DNA of 64,000 nt from the NCBI GenBank assembly GCA_965235115.1, contig OZ249436.1, positions 45,386,001 through 45,450,000 of the forward strand, given 5' to 3'. Shown here one piece after another: positions 24,752 through 38,282 of this stretch. The notes beneath the pieces are model-generated. The model was not told the DNA's origin. It did not search any database and worked only from the letters and a program-made list of their open reading frames with translations. The position numbers were made by a program, and so were the translations under genes. The DNA is from Laetmonice hystrix. Lineage: Eukaryota. The stretch's first letter is position 1. Every line of letters starts with the position of its first letter.

Positions 24752-24980
24752 CGCCAGACAGCGCCAGGTGAGCTGTATTGGTTAATCTTAGCGCCAGACG
24801 GCGCCAGGAGAGCTGGATTGGTGAATCTTAGCGCCAGACGGCGCCAGGAGAGCTGTATTGGTTAATCTTAGCGCCAGACGACACCAGGGGAGCTGTATTG
24901 GTTAATCTTAGCGCCAGACGGCGCCAGGTGAGCTGGATTGGTGAATCTTAGCGCCAGACGGCGCCAGGGGAGCTGGATTG
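24752..24980. repeat. 40-bp minisatellite
   Basis: gcgccagacggcgccaggagagctggattggtgaatctta, about 6 units. Confidence 0.9.
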
Positions 24981-26422
24981 AGTGAGGTGGCGCGGATGCT
25001 CCTAATCGGGCCGTGAGTGATATGTCATCTGTGAGAGTGCTCTCCCCGCACGAACGAAGATTGCCGAAGATTGCCGAAAGGACTCGAGTGTGAGAATGAG
25101 ACGTAGAGTGTGAATCCTACCGCCAGACGGCACTGGTCTGGGTTCATGAATTCAACACGAGGTGGCGCACGGTGGGTTTGCGCCCTACTGCAATCGGAAC
25201 TCGTTGTTGGCAATTCCCGGAACAAATCGAAACTGAGACGCAGGTTCGGATTGTGTGAGCACCATTTTTGCCAATGAATACCTCCGGATTATAAATCATG
25301 TAGCTAGGCAGGAGCGAACAGTGGAACATGCGCTCAAATCAATTGTTTAGTGACCCCTGGTCAGCTATACGAACTTGTACTGATGTAGGATTATAATATG
25401 ACGTCGGGAACATGGTCACGTTTCTCAAAAGTTATGAAGTAGTTTAAATTTTGTGTTAAGTTACAAGGAACATGTAAATTTGTAGTCTAACGAAGACGTG
25501 GACTTTACAAAAACGATCTCTTCGAGAAAAACGTAATATTCAATACTTGCTCGAACTGCTCCGAGGGTATTTTGCATTTTGCGGTCCCAACCCTTAGTGG
25601 TCAAGGTCAACTTCAATTCTTTATATGCAGCTTTAAATGTTTTCCTAATAGCTTAATTGTATCTTGATGTGATCCCACTTTATGGCCAAATATATTTAGG
25701 GCAGACATACAAGTATACAGAAAACTTTACACAGAAAACATTAGGTGTCAAATCTTTATTCCTCTTTTATGTGAATACATGGTCGATGTTAAGCATGAAA
25801 CAGAAGTTTTTCTCTTGATAAATTATAATAAAGTTAAATAGCTTTCTCTTGCTGTCGGTTCACACATGACTGTCATCCAGGGATTTTCACAACTACGTCT
25901 CACAGACCCTCAGCCTACCATGTTTGTACTAATCCAAGCCTTAAAATTCTACTATCTGCCCTCTAACCGGAAGTTTCTTCTATATACCATTGGATATGCC
26001 CCTACAATAAGTGACCATTACAATGGAGGTTGACGATTTCCCGTCGACCTCAATCATAGCTTTCTACCCTGACAAATCGCTTCGTCCATTATTCCTAGCT
26101 CCACCATAGCGTCACTGACATTAAAACGAGATAAAAGAACTGTAAACTGCAGTAACATTTTTCTACTATAAATAATCAGTGTTTATATCCAAATATATAT
26201 AGAGGATCCGCCGTTAATAGGTGTAGTCCACCCTAAATTACATTTAAGCTATAAGTTGTCCCTCAGTTACACTTCAGCAGATATGCGGGACAGGGGACAC
26301 CCGTCCAATCAAATGGTATGTGTTATAGGGGACACACGTCTAATCAAATGGTCTTGCTGTTGCTCCGACTCGTTGGCTGACAGTGTTCATGTTGGAGCTG
26401 CCAGCTCGGCCTGTTGGTCGCC

Positions 26423-28174
26423 TCACAGGAAGTTGGGCTTGTTCCCGCTGCAGCTGATGTCCATTTTGGGGCCGATGTGTTGCTGAGCTGGTGGAACGAT
26501 CGCTGCTGCGTTCTTCGGTCGCTTAATGAATATTTGGGTTTTTTGTTGGGGAGCTGGGCCAGGGCCATAGTCTGGAAGACCATGCCCTCCAGATGGAAGG
26601 ATCAATGGGGGGTAATCCGCATTTGGGGCGTAAACATTCTCAGCGCCGTACACACCGTCGGGAGACGCTTCGCGGGCCTCTGGGTAACCTCCGGACTTAT
26701 CCTTAGATTGCATCTTGGTGTTGCAGATGTAGGAGAGGGACATTTGGACGTTGTTCTTGTTCTGGTCGGCCTGAGCTTGCTGAGAAGGATCCGAGGCTTC
26801 CACCTTCTTTGTTAGAGTTGTCTGTACGTTAAGTGGCTGCCTAACATAGTGAACTCGTGGACGCACGTTCAACGTATGAACCCTCCTGTAAATATGCGAT
26901 CGAGGATTGTACCCCTGATTATTATACCTGTAGTTAGTTTCGTAGTCATATCGCCCACTGCCTCCGCCGCGCGATTCGTAGTCAAAGTTCCCGCCACCTC
27001 TGTGCGATTCGTAGTCGTCCCCAAAGTCGTCATAGAACGCTCCGTTATTGTTGTTGTCGTAGTTGTTGAAATCGTCTCCGTAGCCACCATCATAGTAAGA
27101 ACGCTTTTGCCGTGCTGGAGCGTCTGTATTTGAAAAGAGGAAAGAACCGCACGTACATTTAGAACTCGGACGTTTAAAATCACTAAATTATGTATTTCGC
27201 TGTTGAAACATTTTTGTTTAGTTTCAGGACTTCAGATATAAAACAGAGCGTACCAGATCATGAACTGCAGCATATTTGTTTGTTGTCCTTGCCTAACAGA
27301 GCGTACCAGATCATGAACTCCTGCATATTATTTTGTTTGTTGTCCTTGCCTAACAGACAGCTAGCATTAGGTCAAAGCTATTTATCAAAGTAATGCAAAG
27401 ACATTCGCTCAATTCGGAAAGTTGAACATTTACGTGTCCTTGAACAAGATCTACGTTACACCAGCCGTGTCTATTTTAGTGTGCGCACCCTTTAAAAACA
27501 GCTTAAACCTCCTCCACAAAGAGCGGTTAGATTTGTAACGTACGCCTCACGCCTTATTGGACCAATGTGTCCACTGAGCCCCTGGATATTTGACCAATAT
27601 GTCCACTGAGCCCCTGGATATTTGACCAATATGTCCACTGAGCCCCTCGATATTGGACCAATATGTTCACTGAGCCCCTCAATATTTGACTAATATGTCC
27701 ACTGAGCCCCTCGATATTTGACCAATATGTTCACTGAGCCCCTCGATATTGGACCAATATGTTCACTGAGCCCCTCAATATTTGACTAATATGTCCACTG
27801 AGCCCCTCAATATTTGACCAATATGTTCACTGAGCCCCTCAATATTTGACTAATATGTCCACTGAGCCCCTCAATATTTGACCAATATGTTCACTGAGCC
27901 CCTCAATATTTGACCAATATGTCCACTGACGATATTTGACCAATATGTCCACTGAGCCCCTCAATATTTGACCAATATGTTCACTGAGCCCCTCAATATT
28001 TGACTAATATGTCCACTGAGCCCCTCGATATTGGACCAATATGTTCACTGAGCCCCTCGATATTGGACCAATATGTCCACTGAGCCCCTCGATAAAACCA
28101 TCGTTGAACTTACCTTCAGCTGCTCCAGATGACACGAAGACACACACCGCGAGTATCACGATAAAACACCGCAT
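26423..28174 (-). CDS. Secreted Gly/Tyr/Asp/Asn-rich protein, paralog A of an unrecognised 3-gene family; exons 28114-28174 and 26423-27123 (~253 aa)
   Basis: Exon 1 is the signal peptide MRCFIVILAVCVFVSSGAAE with phase-1 donor GTAAGT. Acceptor TACAG at 27124 continues in frame as DAPARQKR-SYYDGGYGDDF... into ORF 26423..26872. Shares core motifs with paralogs B and C. Confidence 0.85.
27556..28092. repeat. 31-bp minisatellite in the intron of paralog A
   Basis: tgaccaatatgtccactgagcccctcaatatt units. Confidence 0.95.
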
Positions 28175-28226
28175 TTTGATTGGTCGAGGGACCGAACTGC
28201 AATGGACCGACATCATTGCCCGGGCC

Positions 28227-28233
28227 TTATATA
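28227..28233 (-). promoter_or_regulatory. TATA box of paralog A
   Basis: TATATAA on the minus strand ~53 bp upstream of the ATG; equivalent position in paralogs B and C. Confidence 0.6.
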
Positions 28234-28595
28234 GTCGGAACGCTTGGATCGGTTATGTATGCAAGTCCACCTGTGCTCCATTATTCCAACTGCATCTTAC
28301 ATATCAATATCATATGTCAGGTCATTGCCGATGGACAAGCAGCCAATTCGGTTTGGTTCATATGCCTGATGGGCTATTTGGTTGAAATGTATTCAAGAAT
28401 AATATCTAAGTGCAATCGTTCACAATAAAATCGGTAACGTATCATTAGACCTGCTATAACAGGGTCATGTGATACTCAGGAGGCCCGTGTAATGAGGAGG
28501 CAGTAGTTACTCAGTACCGTATCATTTGGTGAGGAGTTGATGATCGGTCATTCACAAACTGAGAACACTCATCGCGAAAACAATAATCCTAGGGT

Positions 28596-29180
28596 CAGAG
28601 ACGGATCCAGGATGGGTTGTCTGGAGGGGGCAGAGAGATTTTGGATCTATTGGTTATTTGCTAAGGGTCCTAGGGGTATACGTGCCCTATCGGCCTCCCC
28701 CCTGGATCCGCTTCTGGTCTGGTGAGTATAGCTAGTTCTTCACCAGATCTCCCAGGCACGTCATAGATAAAGCGATAACAGTTTATGATACACATCTTCT
28801 GGCAATCCGATCAGGCCCGGACCCAGAGAGGGGGGGGGGGATCCGGGGGGTTCGAACTTCCCTTGGGCCCCAAAGTGCCCTCATAGCTAACTTTTGCTGA
28901 CGCGGATCCAAATGACAAAAATTATTGGGAGGCTAGGCCTAAATGCTTTGAGAAACATTCGCATTCCGTCACAATTTCTATCTCCAGATGCCAGGAAATA
29001 GCGTTTATTGCCTTCTAAATTCAAAGATTTTCTGGGGGAGGTGCCCAGACCCTCCCTTGCAGATGTTCGCCTCGCGCCTTTGGCGGTCGAGGGCGTGCCT
29101 CCTTTACAGTGCTGTATCCGCGCCTGTTCTGGAGAAGACCCTGAACCCTACCCTTCAAGAAATCCTGGATCCGCGCCTGC
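28596..29180. mobile_element. Cluster of short ggcggatcc...ggatccgcc MITEs (hAT-like); similar copies at ~37760-37990 and 59247-59581
   Basis: Termini of the cag..cggatccag / ctggatccgc..ctg type with poly-G/poly-C subterminal tracts. Confidence 0.55.
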
Positions 29181-29623
29181 AAGTTATCCTTGACTGTAAA
29201 TGGTATTTCAGAAAGATCCCTAAAGTGTTTCTGTAATGTATATCTTTGTCTAAGTATGAGTAATGTGGGCATAATGAAGGAATACCGGTAGGAGATATAG
29301 GACAATATGATCGACTAAAGAAGTCAAACGACGTGAGAATGAATTATGAGTACAAACATGTGGCTTCTCCCTCAATGTTAGAAACACAAAATAAAACTCT
29401 CTAGGCCCAACGATCCTTAAACAATAGATCTGAATAGGATATCGACGTGTGTCGAGGACAAGCGTCTAGACGTGCTGCACGTGCGCATGGGATTAGTGGG
29501 TTATTCGGGTGTCTTCCATGATCGTCCATGTCTCCTTATAACTTACTGCCCCACGTGTACTAGCAGTTCATGAGGCTACAAACAATTTTATTGCTCATCA
29601 AGGATGTGGTCGTAAGCTGACTC

Positions 29624-30045
29624 AAAGTGGAGCGAGAGTCGAAGTAGGAAGGTGACTTAAAGTGGAGCGAGAGTCGAAGTAGGAAGGTGACTTAAAGTGG
29701 AGCGAGAGTCGAAGTAGGAAGGTGACTAAAGTGGAGCAAGAGTCGAAGTAGGAAGGTGACTTAAAGTGGAGCGAGAGTCGAAGTAGGAAGGTGACTAAAG
29801 TGGAGCAAGAGTCGAAGTAGGAAGGTGACTTAAAGTGGAGCGAGAGTCGAAGTAGGAAGGTGACTTAAAGTGGAGCGAGAGTCGAAGTAGGAAAGTTACT
29901 TAAAGTGGAGCGAGAGTCGAAGTAGGAAAGTGACTTAAAGTGGAGCAAGAGTCGAAGTAGGAAGGTGACTTAAAGTGGAGCGAGAGACGAATGAGGAAGG
30001 TGACTTAAAGTGGAGCGAGAGTCTTAAGTCTAAAGGTGACTTAAA
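29624..30045. repeat. ~35-bp minisatellite
   Basis: cttaaagtggagcgagagtcgaagtaggaaggtga units. Confidence 0.95.
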
Positions 30046-31560
30046 ATGTGGCCGGGTTAATACAGAATTCTTGGACAAAATTTCTTTAGTGCCGCCATTT
30101 TTGAAGAATATTCCATAATTTTTGGATAAAAGGTATGTTTAATGCTTTACCCAACCCTCACACACACACGATCCCAACCGTTTTTCTTTTTCAGCTACTC
30201 ATTTCGGAATTTCTTTCTTTTTTTTTGGGGGGGGGCATAATTTGCAAGCTACTATATAGAAAAAATAGATGTCAATTTCTGGCATAACAAAGTTGACAAT
30301 TATGTGCAGAGTTTAAAAACTATTTGGAAATACATGCCAGTCAGAATGTCATGAGTACGTCCCTTGCATGAAAGGTTTTCTTGATAAAAAACATTATAAG
30401 ATTCATTAAATCGGCTTTAATACAGTCAACAATTTCCCGAGGCCAGCAGAATTGCAGCTGGCTCTGTTTGACCCGGGACCATGTTTCCACGCATAGGCAG
30501 TTATATATTTTCTATTCCTTTATCTTTAAACTCTTTTTTAATATAACACCTTCTTTGATTCATAATGTTGTAAATGCAACCGATATGGTTGCTAATCTTA
30601 TCTTATCTTATCCTAGCTTATCTTTGGTTTATCTTATCTTATCTATGTTACCTCGGGACGTGACAGGCCAGTGGGGGAATTGTTTTAACACACTCCTGCT
30701 AGTTTTTGTACTTCACCATCAGGGAGAATGTTAGTATTGCTTACTCATAGCAGGAGTTGACGGAATCAATGTTTAACTTCTGCCCATGAGCCTCTCGCTT
30801 CTGTCGGCTCCCACTGCCACAGGGCTGCCCGACTACTTGTACCATAACAACAGTCAGTATGGCAGACACTAACAGCTATCATGTTGTTTTATTTTGTGGT
30901 ATTTTGTGGCAGTGAGAGTCGACAGCGAGAGTCGACAGAAGCGAGAAGATCACGGGAAGGAGTGTGACACACTACCTTTAATCCATGTCTATTATGTTCC
31001 CTTGTACAACATCCAATGCCCCCACTACTTAGTAAATATGGGAGGCGGGGGGCTGTACCATCAGGTCGATAAAGACCGGGCGAGACGTGGAGTTAAAGCT
31101 TGTTCCAAAGTAATATGCCCTTTACTTACGTAACATATCTAACATTTTATATCTTTTCCATGACAGTCATTATTGGGAGAGGCAGACACCTAAAAAAATA
31201 CTCCAGCTGCGGCTCTGCCCCCCCCCCCCTTCCCCGATCCTCAAATTCAGGGCGACCAATTGCACCGCTCCTCGCCTCCACTAGTAAAAAATCACGTGAA
31301 GTCGCGAGATATGAGCCTTTCCGGTGAGAGTCCACGCTTAGCTATAGTACCTGTGACTGTGACTACACACCGTGGGAATCTTCTCTTTACATGGCATTCT
31401 TTGATGTAACGCTCAGCCATGGAACCGTTCTGAATACACTCTTCCCTTTATCAAAATATACCCATTTTAATGTATTTGAAGGCGGGTTGCAGGAAGAATC
31501 TATTAAAAGCCAAATTGAAAAAAGAGATATTAATTACCGAATGATACGATCTTAGTATGA

Positions 31561-32028
31561 AAGGAGAGACTGAGAGAAAGGGACAGTGAGAGAAATCGAG
31601 AGACAGAGACACGGACAGACAGAGACAGAGGGAGAGGGAAACAGGGTGGGACAGAGACAGAGAGAGGGGAGAGGGAGACAGAGAGAGGCAGAGAGAGACA
31701 GATAGAGAGAGGGGCAGAGCGACGGAGGGACAGCGACAGAGGGAGAGGAAAACAGAGAGAGGGGAGAGGGAGAGAGAGGGACAGAGAGAGACAGAGACGG
31801 ATAGATAGAGATAGGGGCAGAGACACGGCGGGACACAGACAGAGGGAGAGGGAAACAGGGAGGGACAGGGAGACAGAGAGAGAGACAGAGAGAGGCCGAT
31901 AGACAGAGGGGCAGAGACACGGAGGGACAGAGAGAGGGACAGAGACACAGAGAGAGACAGGGGAATCAGGGGAATATGAACAGACAACGAGAGGGACAGA
32001 GGGAGGGAGAGACAGAGAGACAGACGGA
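31561..32028. repeat. Degenerate (GA)/(GACA) purine-rich microsatellite
   Basis: Direct. Confidence 0.9.
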
Positions 32029-32297
32029 GCCCGCTATAATGGATGCCAGCTTGCGGCACTCCATTGGCCTATACAAGGACTACGGTGCATCAATCGCCTG
32101 TAGGATTGCATATAGAATACTTAATTTATATGTCCAACTTGGTGTATGAATACCACCAATAGGACAAACTCGTATTGTCTGCAGACATGTAGCAGTAAGA
32201 CTATATTTCAAAGGGCTATCCTCGAGTCTGGCCGAAAGGCTAGAGCGGATATTTGTGGGCAAACTTTGTAAGGGAAGAACCATTTGATTCTGGATAA

Positions 32298-32709
32298 GGG
32301 CTGGCCAGTTCTCGTGTCCTAGATATGCAAATGACGTAAAATGGCCTCAACCCCCCCCCCCCCCACCCCCACCCCCCGTTGCTTTGGGGATAAACAAATT
32401 GTAACGTCACAAATCTCCTATAGGTTTACGATAGGCTCAGTAAATTCACTTTCTAAAATCAAGCTGTATTGTAACAATTATAATGTAAAATGTAGGCCTA
32501 CCTATTTATTCTCTAATCTTGTTAGTTATTCATTTTGTAAGGCTCAAGACTCAAAGTGCCCTCATTGGGGAGTAAACATATTTTGAAGTTGACAGTCGCT
32601 GGTTCCTATGGGCGTAGCAATGTTAACTGACGAGACTATCCTCTGTTTGTCCCCATTCTCGCTCGTTCTCGCATGTTTGCATATCTAGGACACGAGAACT
32701 GGCCATCCC
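32298..32709. mobile_element. MITE, second copy of the 21127-21509 family
   Basis: Same TIRs and alignable interior (ggctcagtaaat..actttctaaaatca, gactcaaagtgccctcattggg). Confidence 0.85.
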
Positions 32710-33352
32710 TTCTTCATGAGCAAACTTTTTTTGCCCAAGGCCGAAGCTATCTTTTTTTCGCTATGGCCGTTAATCAAACGACTTTTCCCCCATTTCGACT
32801 ATATAGATTTTTGTACGCATGGAACAAACTATTTTGTTATGTAGTTTGATAAACAAACTATCCCCCCCCTGTGTTTGGTGAACAGAATTTTTTCAAAAAG
32901 TCCCCCCCCCCCCACGTACCAAATGGTCTGCCCCTAAATGGGTGGGTTCTGATTAAGATATTTTCCTCCAGGACTTGTGACATGTGATTTTGGTTTACAA
33001 GAATTATGACAAAGTTATACGTGTTAAAGATAGCTGTGGCAGCCTGGAGCCGCCTCCTATGCCTGTAAGGTCAAACATGAAGAACGAACAACAAATTGAC
33101 GGTACATCAAACGCTTATGAACGTTGAGAGTATACCCAGACATGCAGGCAGATCATTCTCAAGTTGTGTAGACCTACTACATGAAGCTATGGAAGCATGA
33201 TGAACGCAACCGTTAAATGTTTTATTGTATCGTATTTAATACGCAAAGTGTGTGTCCTCTCCGAGTCTCACATTATAAGTTAGACTCATTTATTATAGCG
33301 CTCATATTTTCTCTGGTAACGAGAGATCTTTGACTCTGACTCCAACTTAGGA

Positions 33353-34012
33353 CTATGAGAACTGAGACGGGCAATAAGATTGGGATCTCATTGCTATTAG
33401 AACTGAGACGGGCAATAAGATTGGGATCTCATTGCTATGAGAACTGAGACGGGCAATAAGATTGGGATCTCATTGTTATGAGAACTGAGACGGGCAATAA
33501 GATTGGGATCTCATTGCTATATGAGAACTGAGACGGGCAATAAGATTGGGATCTCATTGCTATGTGAGAACTGAGACGGGCAATAAGATTGGGATCTCAT
33601 TGCTATGAGAACTGAGACGGGCAATAAGATTGGGATCTCATTGCTATGAGAACTGAGACGGGCAATAAGATTGGGATCTCATTGCTATGAGAACTGAGAC
33701 GGGCAATAAGATTGGGATCTCATTGCTATGAGAACTGAGACGGGCAATAAGATTGGGATCTCATTGCTATGAGAACTGAGACGGGCAATAAGATTGGGAT
33801 CTCATTGCTATGAGAACTGAGACGGGCAATAAGATTGGGATCTCATTGCTATGAGAACTGAGACGGGCAATAAGATTGGGATCTCATTGCTATGAGAACT
33901 GAGACGGGCAATAAGATTGGGATCTCATTGCTATGAGAACTGAGACGGGCAATAAGATTGGGATCTCATTGCTATGTGAGAACTGAGACGGGCAATAAGA
34001 TTGGGATCTCAT
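33353..34012. repeat. 41-bp minisatellite
   Basis: atgagaactgagacgggcaataagattgggatctcattgct, about 16 units. Confidence 0.97.
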
Positions 34013-34894
34013 GCCTCCTTTGTCTTCCAAACAATTACATTCCTATCTAATATAATATTAACAGAGAATATATTTGGGAGGGATAATCATCAAAGAATGT
34101 AGTGATACGATAACCAGCACCAATGTTATTAATTGTTATTTTCAGTTTAAGGCGTACGGTTCATATGGAAGTGTTTTGGTACGTGTACCGGTGCAGAGTC
34201 TGACCGGTGTCAGGCAGGCACCTGTTCCATCTCTGCCGGCCACCCCGTCAGGCACACGGGCAGTCAGCCACCGGGTACTCTGCAGGCTACTCAATAAAAT
34301 CCAAACGCGGTGGACCTGCATAACGAGTATTCTGTGTGATCTGTATACTTTCTACTCATGTATAGGCAACACGCATGTATAGTTGATCAAAATTAAGGCA
34401 AATGAAAGCATAGGTCTCCATCCTCCACCTCAGTGATCACAGGACACCTACCACCATCAACATTAACAATCAGAGGAACACAGGGTCATCTGTAGAAACT
34501 GTAGTGCTATTATGATTAGATCTCTTTTTGCATTTCATTATGAGACATGAGACATGGACCTACTTCAAATTTGACTAAGAATCTCTCCACCTGTTGTTAA
34601 TCTCATTGGTCCTTTTTCTAAATGTTATTGCTTGGACAAAGTACAATATTATTCTGCTCTGTTTTCCAAACCGGGATCTACTGTTGTATTCCTCCGCATG
34701 GTGGCGTAATGATCAAGATAGAAGTCCTGCGGCCACAAGAAGATCAAAATCAATTTTAGGCGTTGGTACATTTGAGAACGGCGTGTTGGTATCAGCTTTA
34801 TTTGTTTTTTGTTTTTTTTTTAAATTATTTCTATTAGGGTTTAAAGATTCAGCGAAATGCTGGCCTTCCATCTTCTCCCTCTTAACCCTTTCCA

Positions 34895-35428
34895 GTCGTA
34901 TCCCGTACCACATACAGGATAAAAAACATCATTCTGGGCGTATCCCGTACCACATACGGGATAAAAAACATCATTCTGGTCGTATCCCGTACCACATACG
35001 GGATAAAAAACATCATTCTGGGCGTGTCCCGTACCACATACGGGATAAAAAAAACATCATTCTGGTCGTATCCCGTACCACATACGGGATAAAAAAACAT
35101 CATTCTGGTCGTATCCCGTACCACATACGGGATAAAAAACATCATTCTGGGCGTATCCCGTACCACATACGGGATAAAAAAAACATCATTCTGGGCGTAT
35201 CCCGTACCACGTACAGGATAAAAATATCATTCTGGGCGTATCCTGTACCACATACGGGATAAAAAAAAACATCATTCTGGTCGTATCCCGTACCACATAC
35301 GGGATAAAAAAAAACATCATTCTGGGCGTATCCCGTACCACATACGGGATAAAAAAAAACATCATTCTGGGCGTATCCCGTACCACATACGGGATTAAAA
35401 AAAACATCATTCTAGGCGTGTCCCGTAT
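34895..35428. repeat. ~43-46-bp minisatellite with a variable poly-A tract
   Basis: cgtatcccgtaccacatacgggataaaaaa(a)catcattctgg units. Confidence 0.95.
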
Positions 35429-35628
35429 GGGATACGGAATGAATATTTTTGTTGAATGGTCAAAGGCCAATGGTCAAATGGTCAGGAGTCAAACACCTTC
35501 CAAAATGAGGATTCATTTTGAAAGTCTAACATGTCTCAAATCATATCAAACTTGCTTTTTTTGTTGTTGGTAATTTTGTCTGAAAATTCCCCAGCCCCCT
35601 GGCAGGGTAGTGGGCCAGCCTGGCATTA

Positions 35629-35991
35629 ATCAAACAATACATTGGCGGGTATGAGCCTACTTCATCAAACAATACATTGGCGGGTATCAGCTTACTTCAT
35701 CAAACAAAACATTGGCGGGTATCAGCTTACTTCATCAAACAATACATTGGCGGGTATCAGCTTACTTCATCAAAAACAATACATTGGCGGGTATCAGCTT
35801 ACTTCATCAAAAACAATACATTGGCGGGTATCAGCTTACTTCATCAAAAACAATACATTGGCGGGTATCAGCTTACTTCATCAAACAATACATTGGCGGG
35901 TATCAGCTTACTTCATCAAAAACAATACATTGGCGGGTATCAGCTTACTTCATCAAAAACAATACATTGGCGGGTATCAGCTTACTTCATC
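35629..35991. repeat. 35/37-bp minisatellite
   Basis: aaacaatacattggcgggtatcagcttacttcatc units. Confidence 0.95.
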
Positions 35992-36992
35992 GAAATATAT
36001 ATAAACATAAGAAAAAAGGTTGAAAATAACATGAGCATAAAATGTCCCTTGTAACATGGTGCAGCCATGAATATTTAAGAATCCTCGAAGGCACTACATC
36101 TCAGGCGGATTTATACTAAAGGGAACAATGCTCCCACAAAGTGTCGCATTCTGTACGCGTATGAAGACGTTGACTCGCCTCACCCTTTGCACCACCTCTG
36201 TCATTTATCATGCCATATGCACAGTCCATGGAATCACGCCTCAGGAAATAACGGTTCGTCGATAAAACAGACCATTTCTTATTACTGACTGAAACACTTA
36301 GAATCCTTCCCTTTAGAGACTCTTCCGCTCGACCTGCCTGTTACCGTTCGCGATATTATACCTGATTAACAGGTAAAAAAAACTGTCCTGTTATTAAAAA
36401 ATAAAAATAATTAAAATAGAGTTCTAAGTTTTAGGTATAGATCTGTATCCATGGAGCTGGAACGAAATGAAAATGGCAAGAAATAAATTTTAAAATAAAA
36501 TATTCTTTGAGAAGTTGACAAGTGTTTTCGTTTTTGGTGTTCGTTCATCTCGGGCAGGCGATGTCTCTGGCAACAGTGGAGCTAGCTGAGAGTTACAACG
36601 AGACATACCTCGTCTAAAATTACAACATTGTCACACTACTCTACTATTAAAACTTATGAATAATGCAGCAGCTGTGTCTACAATATTACAATATTGTCGT
36701 TCAATATTGCTATAGGCCTACATGCTCTCGGCCTCGATGGAAGCATGGACTGACATATGACGGGAGTTACTGCACATTTATTAAATTGTTATTAAGTCTA
36801 ACCTGCCTTACCCTACACGATGTTGGGCTGCTAATGTATAGGTCACGATTTTCTGTCGTGTCTTAAGTTTTCGAGTTGTTTATAATCGTACAACAGGTGT
36901 CCTCACACTACACGATTTGCGGCGATTTCTTACGATAACTTCCTACGACATGAAAGGACAAAGTGTTGGCGGGAAGTTTCTGGTTATTTCAT

Positions 36993-37380
36993 CCAATCGG
37001 AACGACCGAGCCATTTCCGGCTTACTTTGCTTTCGGGAAATAGACTCGGATAGTAAAAGTGTAGAAATTCTACGGACTTTAACGGGAATCCGCCGGATGT
37101 GTGGTGTGGTCTCTGATCCGGCCGATTGAAAATTGAGTGCAGTTGAATGACCAACTGTTATAGGTGTTGTACGTGCACGTGTGATAGTATACAAGGCCCG
37201 TACGTAGTGTCTCCACTTGCTTCTCTCGGAATGCTGAAGGGCAAACGAAGGCTGTCGCTCGCATATTGTACCGCACTTTGAAATTCAACATTTTCCATTG
37301 AAGGAATCGACTGCATTAAATTTTCAATCGGCCGGATCAAAGCAAACTAAACCGGAAATGGCTCAGTCGTTCCGATTGAA
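36993..37380. mobile_element. MITE-like element with two nested inverted-repeat pairs
   Basis: caatcggaacgaccgagccatttccgg / ccggaaatggctcagtcgttccgattg and tgatccggccgattgaaaatt / aattttcaatcggccggatca. Confidence 0.65.
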
Positions 37381-38282
37381 TCTCACCAAGAACCGATGTG
37401 AATGTATTCAATAACAATTACGCAATATGAATGAGAAACAATGATGAACATGTCGAATAATAGGGAAAGGAATCACAAATAAATAAAATTGTTGTCAACC
37501 CGAAGTTAGTTGGTGTTTTCACGACAGGTCAGTAGTCGGCCAGAAATGCACGCATTGTGAGGGTACCCTATTATTGCTCATCCCGCCGGAACAGAACGTC
37601 TTTCAAAAAGAAGGGGGAGACTAACCTAAACCTGCCAATGCGCACTCGGCGGAGAACAATTTATCTCGGGGGGGGGGGGGGGGCTAAATCATATTGATCA
37701 TTGTACTGTGGATCCTTCTTAAAATTTCTAGCAAATCTATCAAGTTTGGACTAGGCAAAGGCGGATCCAGAGGGGGGCACATGGGGCACTTGTCCCCCCT
37801 TTACCTTCACTCATTATAGATTAATAATTTTAACACTGACGGTGTATTTCAGGGAAACCCTGAGCTATTATGTAGGCCTATACCTCTAAAACTCCCATTC
37901 AAGAGCATTCAGCTTTAATTAGAAATGCAAACAATCATGAATTACTTTTCTGCGCCCCCCCCCTTTAGTGAGATCCTGGATCCGCCAGTGCTAGGCTATA
38001 CCTCAAAAAGTAGGGCGCCCCCAATATTTATTATTCTCAATTTGCTACCACTTTGTGAGCACCGTGTAGAAAAATTAGGGTTGTAGGGCTTTTCGGTTTT
38101 CATTTTTCATAATAATGAGATACCTTTGGGATAGATCTCAACAAGACCACATGAAGGCTATATCATTATTTTTATACTTTATTCTCAATACCTTCAAAAC
38201 CAGATGATGGCTGTAACTGTTCATTTGCCTAGAGAATCTATAAATATTATAGGTCGTCATCACTTCATAGGCCGATATCACT

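Noticed and set aside
26423..26750. Natriuretic peptide homology of the two-Cys secreted proteins
   Set aside because: No CFGxxxDRIG-type 17-residue ring; the cysteines are 68-122 residues apart.
26869..27183. Thr-rich 104-aa minus-strand ORF (mucin-like)
   Set aside because: Alternative frame of paralog A exon 2; the Gly/Tyr frame is the one that joins the signal exon and the conserved core.
31451..32059. Ser/Leu-rich ORFs
   Set aside because: Translations of a (CT)n-type microsatellite.
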